This document shows, one piece after another, positions 49,445-61,053 of a DNA stretch of 64,000 nt; within the stretch, counting starts at the first letter, position 1, and each line of letters starts with the position of its first letter. The DNA lies in the NCBI RefSeq assembly GCF_006345805.1, contig NC_043020.1:6510001-6574000 (forward strand). Direction: 5' to 3'. The position numbers and the translations under genes were made by a program. The DNA is from Octopus sinensis (lineage: Eukaryota). The notes beneath the pieces were generated by a model. It was given only the letters and a program-made list of their open reading frames with translations, ran no database searches and was not told the DNA's origin.

Positions 49445-49824
49445 TATCTGAATTACCCGGTATACCCGGAAAAGCAGGGGTTATTTCCAGTTCCCATTTC
49501 ACTGTTTCATGTCCTATCCCGTTCCCTGTTCAGTTCCCCTTTTAGTTCTCCCCATTCCTATCCGCAATCCTGTGTCAATATACAAATTTTAGAATCAGGT
49601 GTGTAATGAAGCCATTCAATATTTTATTAACCTTCTTGGTTATAGTTTATTGTTAAAAATAAGTATTACAAACTAATATTACGGTTAGTGGGTGAATGAG
49701 GAATGTCCCTGTGTTATTGTAACAAACGAATATATAATATCCTCACTTTTATGGTCCTAAATTCAAAAGGTAGAGGCTGGACAGGTCACCCCACACCAAA
49801 AAAAAAAAAAACCCAAAATACCCC

Positions 49825-50248
49825 GGCGATCTTTCGTCTCTAGTAGACCTTTCCGTCGATTTCCGTAAAAATTTTTTTTTTTTTTTTACATATGGGCTTG
49901 CGGGAACTTTTGAAGTAATATACATACATATACACATACACCGAGTAAAAAATTTCAGTTATCTCTTTCTTTCACACATTACTCTGTCTCTTCACACACT
50001 AACAGAAGCACTTCACTTACACAACATACTGTCTGTCTCCCACACCCCATCAAACACACACACACACACATGTACATCAATGCTTGCCATGCACGGTAAC
50101 TTCAAAAGAACTTCCCTCGTCATACAATCGCTTTCTCTTAGTCTCTTTCGCTCTCATTACTTCAAAAGTTCCCGCAAGCCCATATGTAAAAAAAAATTTT
50201 TTTTTCACGGAAATCGACGGAAAGGTCTACTAGAGACGAAAGATCGCC
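49825..50248. mobile_element. GG-terminal MITE family A, inverted relative to the other two copies
   Basis: Same TIRs; internal segment reversed. Confidence 0.85.
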
Positions 50249-50946
50249 AATCACCTTTTCAAAATGTTTAATTGCCCCCCCCCCCGTCAAATTTTTTAAT
50301 TCTTAGCTCTTTTCGAATTTTTTTTTTTTTCAATCTGCGAGGGAAAATACGGAGATTAATAATAATATGGCAAACAAAAAATTACAAATTTTATACAAAA
50401 AACTCCAAATTTGATCCTCACACCCTTCGCCACCCAGCAGAAAAGGGTGCGCGTGCGTAACAACCCCTACAGCTCCCTGAATGCTTAGCGGTATTTCGTC
50501 TGTCGCTACGTTCTGAGTTCAAATTCCGCCGAGGTCGACTTTACCTTTCATCCTTTCGGGGTCGATAAATTAAGTACCAGTTACGCATTGGGGTCGATAT
50601 AGTCGACTTAATCTCTTTGTCTGACTTAATACCTATGTTTAGCCCCTTGTGGGCAATAAAGAAATAAGAAACGTTAGCACGCCGGTTGAAATGCTTAGCG
50701 GTATTTCGTTTGTCTTTATGTTCTGAGTTCAAATTCTGCCGAGGTCGACTTTACCTTCTATCCTTTCGGGGTGGATAAATTAAGTACCAGTTGCGTTCTG
50801 GGGTCGATCTAATCGACCGGCTCCCTCCCCCAAAATTTCGAGCCTTGTGCCTAAAGTAGAAAAGAATAATGAAAGTAATGTTTCGCCGGATCAGTCACTT
50901 CTATACTATAATAAAGAAAACTGCTTAACAATCTATAATGTAATAA

Positions 50947-51339
50947 TCTTTATATATAAAAGTGAAGTTGTGTGTCTGTCTCCTACGATTTAGATTCCTA
51001 ACTACTCCCACATTTTGCGGTGCAGTTTAACCAAAACCGGGTATCTTATAGTCGTCATTCATATCGAGCCCTTCTGGGTATTAGCGCGCGTCTACGATGA
51101 GTCTACGATTTTAAAAAAAATTTACCATTTTCCCCATTTTTAATGCATTTTTGGCATATATAAGGGAAGTAACTATCTAAAAATTTATTATTAAATCTCA
51201 GAAAGTAAAAAGCTACAGTAACAACCCCCCCCCTTTTGTGGTTAGCCATATTGAGATGGCTATTATACTTTACATCTCTAAAAATGCTTATATAGTTATT
51301 TCCCTTACAAACCCGAGCAACGCCGGGCGATACTGCTAG
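50947..51339 (+). mobile_element. Non-autonomous Helitron family 1
   Basis: a|TCtttatatata ... cccgagcaacgccggg-cgatactg-CTAG|t. Confidence 0.88.
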
Positions 51340-51599
51340 TATATATCTACAATAATTATTGTGACATTTACTGTTAAATTAGCAGTTCATACATGGTTCT
51401 TCTATTTGGTTAATTTATACTGCATACAAAAATAAAAACATATTCCATACAACTGCTTGCAAAAATAGGGATTAATGTATAATTTCTTTCTATGTTCATT
51501 ATTTGGCGATCTTTCGTTTCGAGAACAGTTTATATTACTTCTTAAAGCACAAGAGTTTATTTATATTTGTCATAATTTTTTTGTTTCTAATATTGAAAA

Positions 51600-52170
51600 A
51601 AATATGCCACCAAAGAAAATACGTAATCTCTCCAGAAACAAGTATAAAGCAAGGAGGATTGTAGAAAACCGAAGGCGAGAGTCTGAAGAGAGAAGCGAGA
51701 TGAGATTTTTTCAAGATCGGCAAAGGGATGGATGCTGCAGCACGTCAGACGGAGTCTCAAGAGAGAAGGGAGATGAGACTTGCCCAAGATCAGCAAAGGG
51801 ATGCTGCAGCACTTAATGTTGTATCGTTAAATCAATGTTTTAATGATTAGACTGAGGTTCAATAGAATTATTTCTCAGAAACAGTCTGCGTACAAATTCG
51901 TTCTTCACAACTCCTGAAGCTGTTTTCAGATATGATCCATCCCATTCTTATAAAAATATCTCTGTCTAAATTGGTGGACTAAACACAAATTGTCTTTTCT
52001 GTAGAGCTTTAAAATTTTCAAATGAAACAAATGGTCTGTGTTGCTCAAGGCAGTCAGGTAACACCGCCAGCACTACCGGCTCCTTCTCAACCTCTTATAG
52101 ATCTTCTAGAAGGCATTTCCATCCAGTCAAAGGATTTTCTGAACAATATCAGACAATACAACTCCAAAAT
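51600..52170 (+). pseudogene. Decayed Helitron Rep/helicase N-terminal region
   Basis: MPPKK...RRRESEE leader, then with stops and shifts FRYDP......IG.....C.FC.ALKF..E..GLCC / PP.....QPL..LL.G....S..FL.NIR.YNS, typical of Helitron ORFs. Confidence 0.75.
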
Positions 52171-52732
52171 TACTCTAATAAGAGAAATTTTGTTAAAACA
52201 ATATAGGTACAGGCATGGTTGTGTGGTTAACAAGCTTGTTTTACAACTGTGTAGTTTGGGGTTCAGTCAACTTACCTACTCTGCCTGAACTTGACAGGCC
52301 TTCTGTCAAAAATTGAAACCGTCATTATTATTGTTAGTCATTGACTATAAGATGGTAAGCTGGCAGAATCGTTAGCATGGCGGGCAAAATGCTTAGCGAC
52401 ATTTCGTCTGCCACTACGTTCTGAGTTCAAATTCTGCCAAGGTCGACTTTGCCTTTCATTCTTTCAAGGGTCGATGAAATAAGTACCAGTTAAACACTGG
52501 GGTCAATATAATCGACTAGCCCCCTTCCCCCCAAATTTTCAAGGCCTTGCACCTAGTGTAAAAATAATTATTGTAGTCATTGACTGATAGGGGTTTTCCT
52601 TGCTCCTTAATTCTTCCCAATTTGATTTTCTGTGTCCCCTTGCATCAAATACATTAACACTTGCATTTAATTATGAAATTGTTTTATTTGTTGTTTTTCC
52701 AGAGACTTCCAGCATTTTAACACAGCGTCACC

Positions 52733-53018
52733 ATGAATGTGAAAAAAGTTTATCCAACTTCATATCGGAACCCGAAATGTTCTCGTTGTAGAAATCACGG
52801 CTCTGATGCCAAGATGAAGGGCCACAAAGGTTTCTGCCCCTACATCTTATGTAATTGCATGAAATGCATCCTGGTAGAGGAACGGCGCCGAATCTCCAGA
52901 CAACAGATCCTGCTCCAAAGACATCCCGACATCAACGTCAAGGATATTTTCAAAGGTTGCATAAGATGCGAAAAATTCTGCCAACAGGTGACTGATTATT
53001 CTAACTGCGTCAACGCAG
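52733..53018 (+). CDS. DMRT: DM-domain gene coding exon 1 (exon begins 52703 after a splice acceptor)
   Basis: Eight Zn ligands at canonical spacing CxxCxxHx8Hx3Cx4CxCxxC; acceptor ttgtttttccag at 52702. Confidence 0.92.
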
Positions 53019-56000
53019 GTGAGATTACATTTATTTATTTATTTAATACATACAGTAACGCCTCAGTATACTCTTTTACTTGGCCATGCTGGAGCACTGC
53101 CTTTAGTCGATCAAATCGACCCCGGGACTTATTCTTTGTAAGCCCAGTACTTTATCGGTCTCTTTTGCCGAACCGCTAGGTGACGGGGACCTAAACACAC
53201 CAGCATCGGTTGTCAAGCAATGCTAGGGGGACAAACTTAGACACACAAACACACACACACATACATATATACGCATATATATATATATATATATACACGA
53301 CAGGCTTCTTTCAGTTTCCGTCTACCAAATCCACTCACAAGGCATTGGTCAACCTGAGGCTATAGCAGAAGGCACTTGCCCAAGATGCCACGCAGTGGGA
53401 CTGAACCCGGATCCATGTGGTTGGTTAGCAAGCTACTTACCACACAGCCACTCCTGCGTGTTAACTTGTTCCTGGAGATTGCTCATAAAGCGAAAACTCA
53501 TAAAGCAGAGCAGTAATTAACCATAGCCATGGTAATTGCAATTCGTTCCCGGAAAAATATTTTACCTGTAAAGTTTATAGTACTTGGGGATCTCTTCGGT
53601 TTGAACGGTAGTTTTTAACATAATTTCTAGGTAACTAAAAAAATTTTAAACTTTGTATACTGGTAGAATGTGTTTATAAAACATCTTTTTTCTCTTGGCT
53701 TTATTGAGAAAATTCTATAGTTTGTAAGATATTTGTTGTTTCTTTTTCTTCAATTTCTGAAATTTCAACCAATCAACGATGTGTATTGAGGTGAAAAACA
53801 TTCTGTGGCGTATGAATATGTCCCGTATGAATATGTCCCTTGTTTAACCCTTTCGTTACCAAACCGCCCAAACCCGCCCGAATTTACCTATTCATATTTA
53901 AATGAGAATATCAGAGCAAATCTCTTTAGTACATTCGTGAAAACACGTGATTATGCTTCGTAAACAGTTCATCTACAGTTTTGTACAAAGATCGACGTGT
54001 AATTTTAATTCCCTGAATTTTGGGAGATTTTTTTCCATATCGATTTTTCTTCAACTTTGAAAATAGATAGGAGTTTCATGTTATCAAGCATAAACATCAT
54101 CCATTCATAACACCAAAACCTGCTCTCATTCCATGAGCTGTAACCTCAGAAGAATCCAAATGGGTCTTTGAGAATCTGAACAAACAGAGGATTCTTTTGT
54201 CAGGATTCTCAGACGAAAGAATTAAGATTGGATAAAATATCGTGCAGCATTCTTTGTTTTGAGTTGAAATCCTGCCGTGGCCTGTATGGGTGGTAGACTT
54301 CATTCCTTGCTTGGTTTAACGCTGCTGCCATCACCTCAGTACCTTGGGTGCTCTTTATTGGAAGAATTCACTCTCTTGAAAGTCAGATTTTGGTCAAGTC
54401 TTTGGTTTGAGGATATCTTCTTACTCCCTCTCCCACTTTCTACCTCCTTCTCTCCTGTCACTTTCTCTCTCTCTATCCATTCTTCCCCTTTCTCCAGTCT
54501 TGGAGGCCCCTACAAAGGGATGTGGGCATTGCCTTCCCTGATGACTAAAATATATATATACTAGCATTATGACCTGGCAACGCCGGGTCATAGTGCTAGT
54601 GCATGCATATACAGCTGCGTGCGTACGCACATACACGCGAGTACTGTCCAAATCTCCGACCAATCACATACAGCTAGCTGGCATTCAATTGGCGTATCAA
54701 GTTTCAGGCATTTTGATTGGATTTTGGATAGAAAATTCGCAAAAAAGTCACTTCTATTGATATTTTTAATGGCTTTGCGGTGTGACTGGGGAAATGTAAA
54801 GATGTGCACGACCACCCTTGGCCGGTTTTAATTGACCATAGAAAGTGCAAGCCCTCTAACTGAATAATTGTGGATTTGTATAAAGGACACACACACAGAC
54901 ATTTTGCCGTTTATATCTCTTATTATAAAAGGCAGATTTTATCTGCCTCCCTTTGTCAGTTATAGAAATCTACAATATAGGATTTCTTCAATTACAATTT
55001 ACCTAGCATTTTTAAGAGTAGAATGCATCGGGTTTTGCCAGGTCCAGTTTTTAAAATTTAAACTCCAATTAAGCAAAATTTACAGAAAACTCACATTCTG
55101 GTGTGTATGTCAAATGCTTTTCTTAGTCTGGTTTACAGCACACGCAAACGCACACACACAGTGTGCAACGAATAAAGTGAAACTAGATGTAATATTTGTT
55201 TCTGTCTATCACGCTGATAGATACATGAGTAAAATGTATGGCAAGCTAACAGATAAGAGTAAGTGAAAATGTTCTTGGAAGAGAGTAAATAGCGACAGAG
55301 TGATTTGAGGAAGACTAAACTGAAAGTATGAAACAGTGTTTATGTATAAACAGACGACACTTATATAAACCCTTTCGTTACCAAACCGCCCGAATTTACC
55401 TATTCATATTTAAATGAGAATATCAGAGTAAATCTCTTTAGTACATTCGTGAAAACACGTATTATACTTCGTAAACACTTCAAATACAGTTTTGTACAAA
55501 AATCGAAGTGTAATTTTAATTCCGTGAATTATGGGAGATTTTTTCCGAAATTTGTTCCTATTGTGTTTTCAAAATTTGTAATTCTGACAAAAAATGGATA
55601 CGAATTTCATTATATCAAGCAGCGAGTCAGAATTCGAAGGATTTTCTACTGAAGACCTTCATAAATCTAACTCTATGACTGAAAAAAAAAAGCATCTTTA
55701 TATAAGAGTGAAGTTGTGTGTCTGTCTCCTACGATTTAGATTCGTAACTACTCCCACATTTTGCGGTGCAGTTTAACCAAAAGCGGGTATCTTATAGTCG
55801 TGATTCATATCGAGCCCTTCTGGGTATTAGCGCGCGTCTACGATGAGTCTACGATTTAAAAAAAATTTACCATCATATTTTTCCATTTTAATGCATTTTT
55901 TTCGCTTTTATATAAGGGAAGTAACTCTCTAAAAATATCTACGATGTGTCAACGATTTAAAAAAAAATTTACCTTAATTTTTTTTCAATTTTTAATGCAT

Positions 56001-56726
56001 TTTTTTGCTATTTTTTGGCTATAACTCTCTAAAAATGCTTATATAGTTATTTCCCTTACAACCCGAGCAACGCCGGGCGATACTGCTAGTATATATATAT
56101 AGAGAAAATTCACAAAAAAGTCACTTCTATTGATTTTTTTTAATGGCTTTGCGGGGTGACTGGGGAAACGTAAAGATGTGCATGACCACCCTTGGACGGT
56201 TTTCAATGACCATCGAAAGTGCGAGCCCTCTAACGTAAAATTGTGGATTTGTATAAAGGACACACACACACACAGACATTTTGCCATTTATATAGAGATA
56301 TAAAGAAAAAAAAAATTTAACCTGTTTATGAAAGAGGGGAAAAATGGATGTAAAAGAACCAAGTGCAGGAGTGGCTGTGTGGTATGTAGCTTGCTAACCA
56401 ACCACATGGTTCCGGGTTCAGTCCCACTGCGCGGCATCTTGGGCAAGTGTCTTCTGCTATAGCCTCGGGCAGACCAAAGCCTTGTGAGTGGATTTGGTAG
56501 ACGGAAACTGAAAGAAGCCTGTTGTATATATGTATGTTTGTGTGTCTGTGTTTGTTCCCCTAGCATTGCTTGACAACCGGGGTGCTGGTGTGTTTACGTC
56601 CCCGTCACTTAGCGGTTTGGCAAAAGAGACCGATAGAATAAGTACTGGGCTTACAAAGAATAAATCCCGGGACCAACCAAAGCCTTGTGAGTGGATTTGG
56701 TAGACGGAAACTGAAAGAAGCCTGTC

Positions 56727-56776
<50 letters not shown>

Positions 56777-57757
56777 TTGTGTGTCTGTGTTTGTCCCTCT
56801 AGCATTGCTTGACAACCGATGCTGGTGTGTTTATGTCCCCGTCACTTAGCGGTTTGGCAAAAGAGACCGATAGAATAAGTACTGGGCTTACAAAAGAATA
56901 AGTCCCGGGGTCGATTTGCTCGACCAAAGGCGGTGCTCCAGCATGGCCACAGTCAAATGACTGAAACGAGTAAAAGAGTAAGCTCTCTAAAGGTGAGATT
57001 AATTGCCAGGGGGGAAATAATTAGTTGTTGATTGCCTTTATTCCTCAGGTAGATTTCGTTGTAATTTTTTTTTTTTGTTTTTTTTGTTCATCTTTCCATT
57101 TCAGATTCTTTCATGCCATCACCAAACACCTACCCCGTTGTCCAACAGATCAACGGGAATCAATCGATGCCAAGCGTTAACGTGCCTTTGAACCTGCAGA
57201 TGCCTTCCACCCAGCCGCCACCCTGTCGTATCTACTCTTCTTCGCCTCAGCCAGACTTTGGTTACTACACCCCGAAGACACCCTTCGCCATTTCCAACTA
57301 CCCTGCCGCCACTTCCAGCAAGATGTCTGACGTACACAGCAGCAATAGTAACATTAGTAGTAGTAGTAGCAGCAGCAGTAATAGTATTAGTAGTACTACC
57401 ACTACTACTGCCACCACCACCGGTACTACTACTTCTGCCAATAACACTATGTATTATACTCCAGTGCAGGTGGCCACGAATGGCATGGCAAGTTCAGAGT
57501 TCAGTCCTTCGTACATTTACCCGGGTAACGGCTACCAATTGGCACGACCACCTCAAAATCTCGGATTTGGTAATTACAACCGGCCTCCGTTAATCTGGAA
57601 CACTTTTAATTATCCCGTTAATTCCTGGCCGCAGAAGTTCTGCGACAGCTCCGTGCCTTCCAATGCGAACAAAATGCAAATTCCGGAAAACTTGTCTTTC
57701 AAGTCTGCGGACAATTCCTTGAAATCCTGCAAGCTTGCTGCCGACACGACGAAATAA
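52733..57757 (+). CDS. DMRT: Doublesex/mab-3-related (DM-domain) transcription factor, join(52733-53018,57105-57757), 312 aa; subfamily unassigned
   Basis: DM motif R.PKC..CRNHG.....KGHK..C....C.C.KC at 52766-52921. ATG in gtcaccATG context with an in-frame TAA at 52718-52720. Phase-1 donor GCAG/GTGAGA at 53018 matches the phase-1 acceptor tttcag at 57104. Exon 2 is P/S/T/Y/N-rich. Confidence 0.9.
54561..54916 (-). mobile_element. Non-autonomous Helitron-like family 2
   Basis: Minus-strand 3' hairpin atgacccggcgttgccaggtcat followed by CTAG. Confidence 0.75.
55372..55690. mobile_element. piggyBac-like (ccctttcgttacc end) element fragment; related fragment at 53845-54090
   Basis: aaccctttcgttaccaaaccgccc start shared by both; TTAA precedes the 53845 copy. 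Confidence 0.55.
55695..56089 (+). mobile_element. Non-autonomous Helitron family 1
   Basis: TC start, hairpin, CTAG|T end. Confidence 0.85.
56363..56985 (+). mobile_element. SINE family 1 with internal tandem duplication
   Basis: Segment accaaagccttgtgagtgg...aagaataa repeated at about 56470 and 56675. Confidence 0.8.
57105..57757 (+). CDS. DMRT: DM-domain gene coding exon 2 (low-complexity P/S/T/Y/N-rich C-terminus)
   Basis: Strong polypyrimidine acceptor; 653-nt open frame in unique GC-richer sequence; phase fits exon 1. Confidence 0.8.
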
Positions 57758-59080
57758 GAAACATGTTCTAGAGATACAGGTGTGTGTGTGACGAACTATT
57801 GTTTAATTTCTTTCATTTGTTTACCATATCATTCATTACTCTACAGAATGTGTGTGTGTGGGGGGGTGCTCTCCTAATTTCTTATGTTCATCTGAGCTTG
57901 AACTAGTTCCCTTCTCTCTCCTTCCTTCCCAGATAATTCCTCAAGAGAAAGACCACCACCATCGATTTTAGGAACCAGTTTATCGACACCGAAATAAGGA
58001 ATTGAATACAAGTCCCCTCAAGTGGGTCCCATGATAGTATCCCATAGGGTCACCACTAGGTAATTTTTCTTCATGTTGTGTGTGTACATACCCAAGAGTC
58101 TCTAGTTAACTCTTATGTGCAACAGAAGCAGTATTAGATAAAAATGCATATCTGTGTATCATACTTAATGCAGATAGCTCTATATTGTTGGTAATAACAG
58201 AAGTATTCAATACTAGAATACAGTGCAATCGTTTGATCTCAGTGTGTTTGTCACCCTCAATTCCCCCCCCCCTCTTTTTTTTTTTTACTTCTCATTTCTC
58301 TGTCTATTTTTTTTATCCCTTCTCCTTTTTTTAACACTGCTCAAGGCTGGTGTGTGTGTATATGTGCACAGGCGTGGGTGTGTGGTAAGGAGGTTGCTTC
58401 CCAACCACATGGTTCCAGGTTCTGTCCTACTGTGTGGAACCTTGGGCAAGTATCTACTATGGCCTCGGGCCGACTAAAACCTTGTGAGTGGATTTGATAG
58501 ATGGAAACTGAATGAAACCTCGTGTTTATATATATATATATAAATTTAAAATTAAGGATAAAATCTTTATAAGAAATTATCAGTAGTTAGCGTGAAAAAC
58601 CTCGTAACTAAATTCTGTTTTTAAATGACTTGCTTTGAAGTTTTGCATTCGGTACAATTTGTTTATTTTAGTAGTTTTGACTGCAAGAGTCCCTCCTAGT
58701 GTGCGGTACCTATGAATAATAGTACCCTCTATATAATAAATATATATATATATAAAAATGTGGCCTCGGGCTGACTAAGACCTTGTGCGTGGATTTAGTA
58801 GATGGAAACTGAATGAAACCTTGTGTTATACACACACACACACACACATAAATAAGGTGTGTGTGTTTCTGTGTTTGTCTCCCCATCACCATCTGACAAC
58901 CGGTGTTGGTGTGTTTATGTCCCCATAATTCAGCGGTTCGGTGAAAGAGATAATTAGAAAAGTACTAGGATTTAAAAAATAAGTCCAGGGGTTGATTTGT
59001 TTGACTTAAAAAAAAACAAAAAAATTTTCAAGGTGGTGCTCCAGTATGGCTACAGTCAAATGCCTGAAGCAAGTAAAAGA

Positions 59081-59111
<31 letters not shown>

Positions 59112-60912
59112 AGACGAGCCCCACTGTTTCTGTGCGGGTGGCACGTAAAAAGCACCACTACACTCACGGAGTGATTGGCGTTAGGAAGGGCATCCAGCCG
59201 TAGAAACACTGCCAGATCTGACTGGGCCTGGTGCAGCCTTCTGGCTTCACAGACCCCAGTTGAACCGTCCAACCCATGCTAGCATGGGACGCTAAATGAC
59301 TATATATATATATATATAAATCATCATTGTTTAACGTTCATCTTCCATGCATGGTTGACAGGAACTGACCAGGTAGAAAAACTAACCTAGGCTACTCTGT
59401 CTATTTTGGCAGGGATTTCACGGTTGGATGCCCTTCCTTGCACCAACCACTCTGCAGTGTGGACTCAGTGCTTTTTACGTGGCACTAGCACAAGCAAGGT
59501 TAGTTTTGGCATGATTTTTACAGCTAGATGCCCTTCCAAAATACCAGCCACATTACAATGTGTTCTGGATTCTTTTAACATGGCTCCACCACTGACAGGG
59601 TCACCAAGGAACTCACAATACAAGGAATTATGAGAGGGGCAGACTGGGCATTGTGAGTGTTTGAGTAAAAACACCTAAAGCCCCACGAGGCAGGGATTTG
59701 TGATGAACCCTGCTGTACTCTTTCATCACAACTTTCTATCACTCTTCCTTCCTGTTTCTGTTGTACCTGTATTTCATAGGGGCCAGCTTTGCCACACTCT
59801 GTGTCATGCTGAATCTCCCCGAGAACCATGTTAAGGGTACATGTGTCTGTGGAGTGCTCAGCCACTTGCACGTTAATTTCACGATCAGGCTGTTCTGTTG
59901 ATCGGATCAACTGGAACCCTCATCATCATAACTGATGGAGTGCCATGGCATATAAATAGATAAGGGCCTAGATATGTTCAGTGTAGAAAACATATATCAG
60001 GATTAGGTCCACAGAATCAAGAGGGGCTGTGAGATGTACCTGTATGTTACATTAACTCTTCCTGAGAGCTGCTTTAGGGATATGTGTCTGTGGAGTACTC
60101 AGCCACTTGCACATTGATTCCATAAGCAGGCTGGAACCCTTGTAATAGTAACCGACAGTGCCAGAGAAGAATATATACTGTTACTTGTTTCAGTCATTAA
60201 ACTGTGGCCATGCTGGGGCACCGTTTTGAGGAATTTTAGTCAGACTCATTGACCACAGTACTTTTAAAAGCCTGAAACTTGTTCTATCAGTTTACAGGGA
60301 TGTAAACACACCAACACCTGTTGTCAAGTGGTGGTGGACAGATACAAACACATGACAGGTTTCTTTTAGTTTCCATCTACCAAATCCACTTGAGGCTTTT
60401 CCGGCCTGAGGCTTACAGTAGAAGACACTTGCCCAAGGTGCCATGCAGTGGGACTGAACCCGGAACCATGTGGTTGGGAAGCAAGCTTCTTATCACACAG
60501 CCATGCCTAGAGAGAGAGATACAATCTATTGCTACTGGACTAATTCTTCAGTTCGACACAGCTACCACTGTTTACTGTTATCCCAAAATTATGGTTCCTG
60601 TTCACAGCTAGTTTGGATGGAGTTGAGAAAACCATTCACAAGTTTATCTGTGGAGGAGAAAATTTGTAAGGGAAAAATTAAAAAAAAATATTTTTGTATT
60701 TGAAATTCTTGACAATCAATGATAAAAAAAAAAAAATGCTTTCTTTTTAAAGTAATTCTTCTTTCCATGTTCAAATGTTAGAATTCTTCAGATTCCAAAA
60801 ACTTTGTTTTGACTACAAAACTTAAATCATTTATTTTTGACAAAACTTAAATCATTTAAGAAATATTGAATTTCTAAATCTCTCGTAGAGACATGTACGG
60901 CGGTGGGGCGAT

Positions 60913-61053
60913 AGAATGGTTGTATACTGTCAATCTAACAAGAACGTGACAGTAGGGGGTACACCACCGCTGCTGTATAGTCCTAGGGCTATACAGCAGT
61001 GGTGTACCCCCTACTGTCACGTTCTTGTTAGATTGACAGTATACAACAATTCT
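60913..61053. other. 141-nt near-perfect palindrome (hairpin/cruciform-capable)
   Basis: Arms are reverse complements except one 3-nt bulge, one G-T pair and one terminal mismatch. Confidence 0.95.

Noticed and set aside
51475-51816. 113-aa ORF as a novel gene
   Set aside because: Leader of a decayed Helitron ORF with downstream stops and frameshifts
52987-52988. Alternative DM exon donor CAG/GTGACT
   Set aside because: Phase 0, incompatible with the phase-1 acceptors at 57104 and 57932 for the long frame; 53018 preferred
54090-54420. Possible extra internal exon of the DM gene
   Set aside because: No convincing acceptor-donor pair preserving phase 1; likely a decayed repeat
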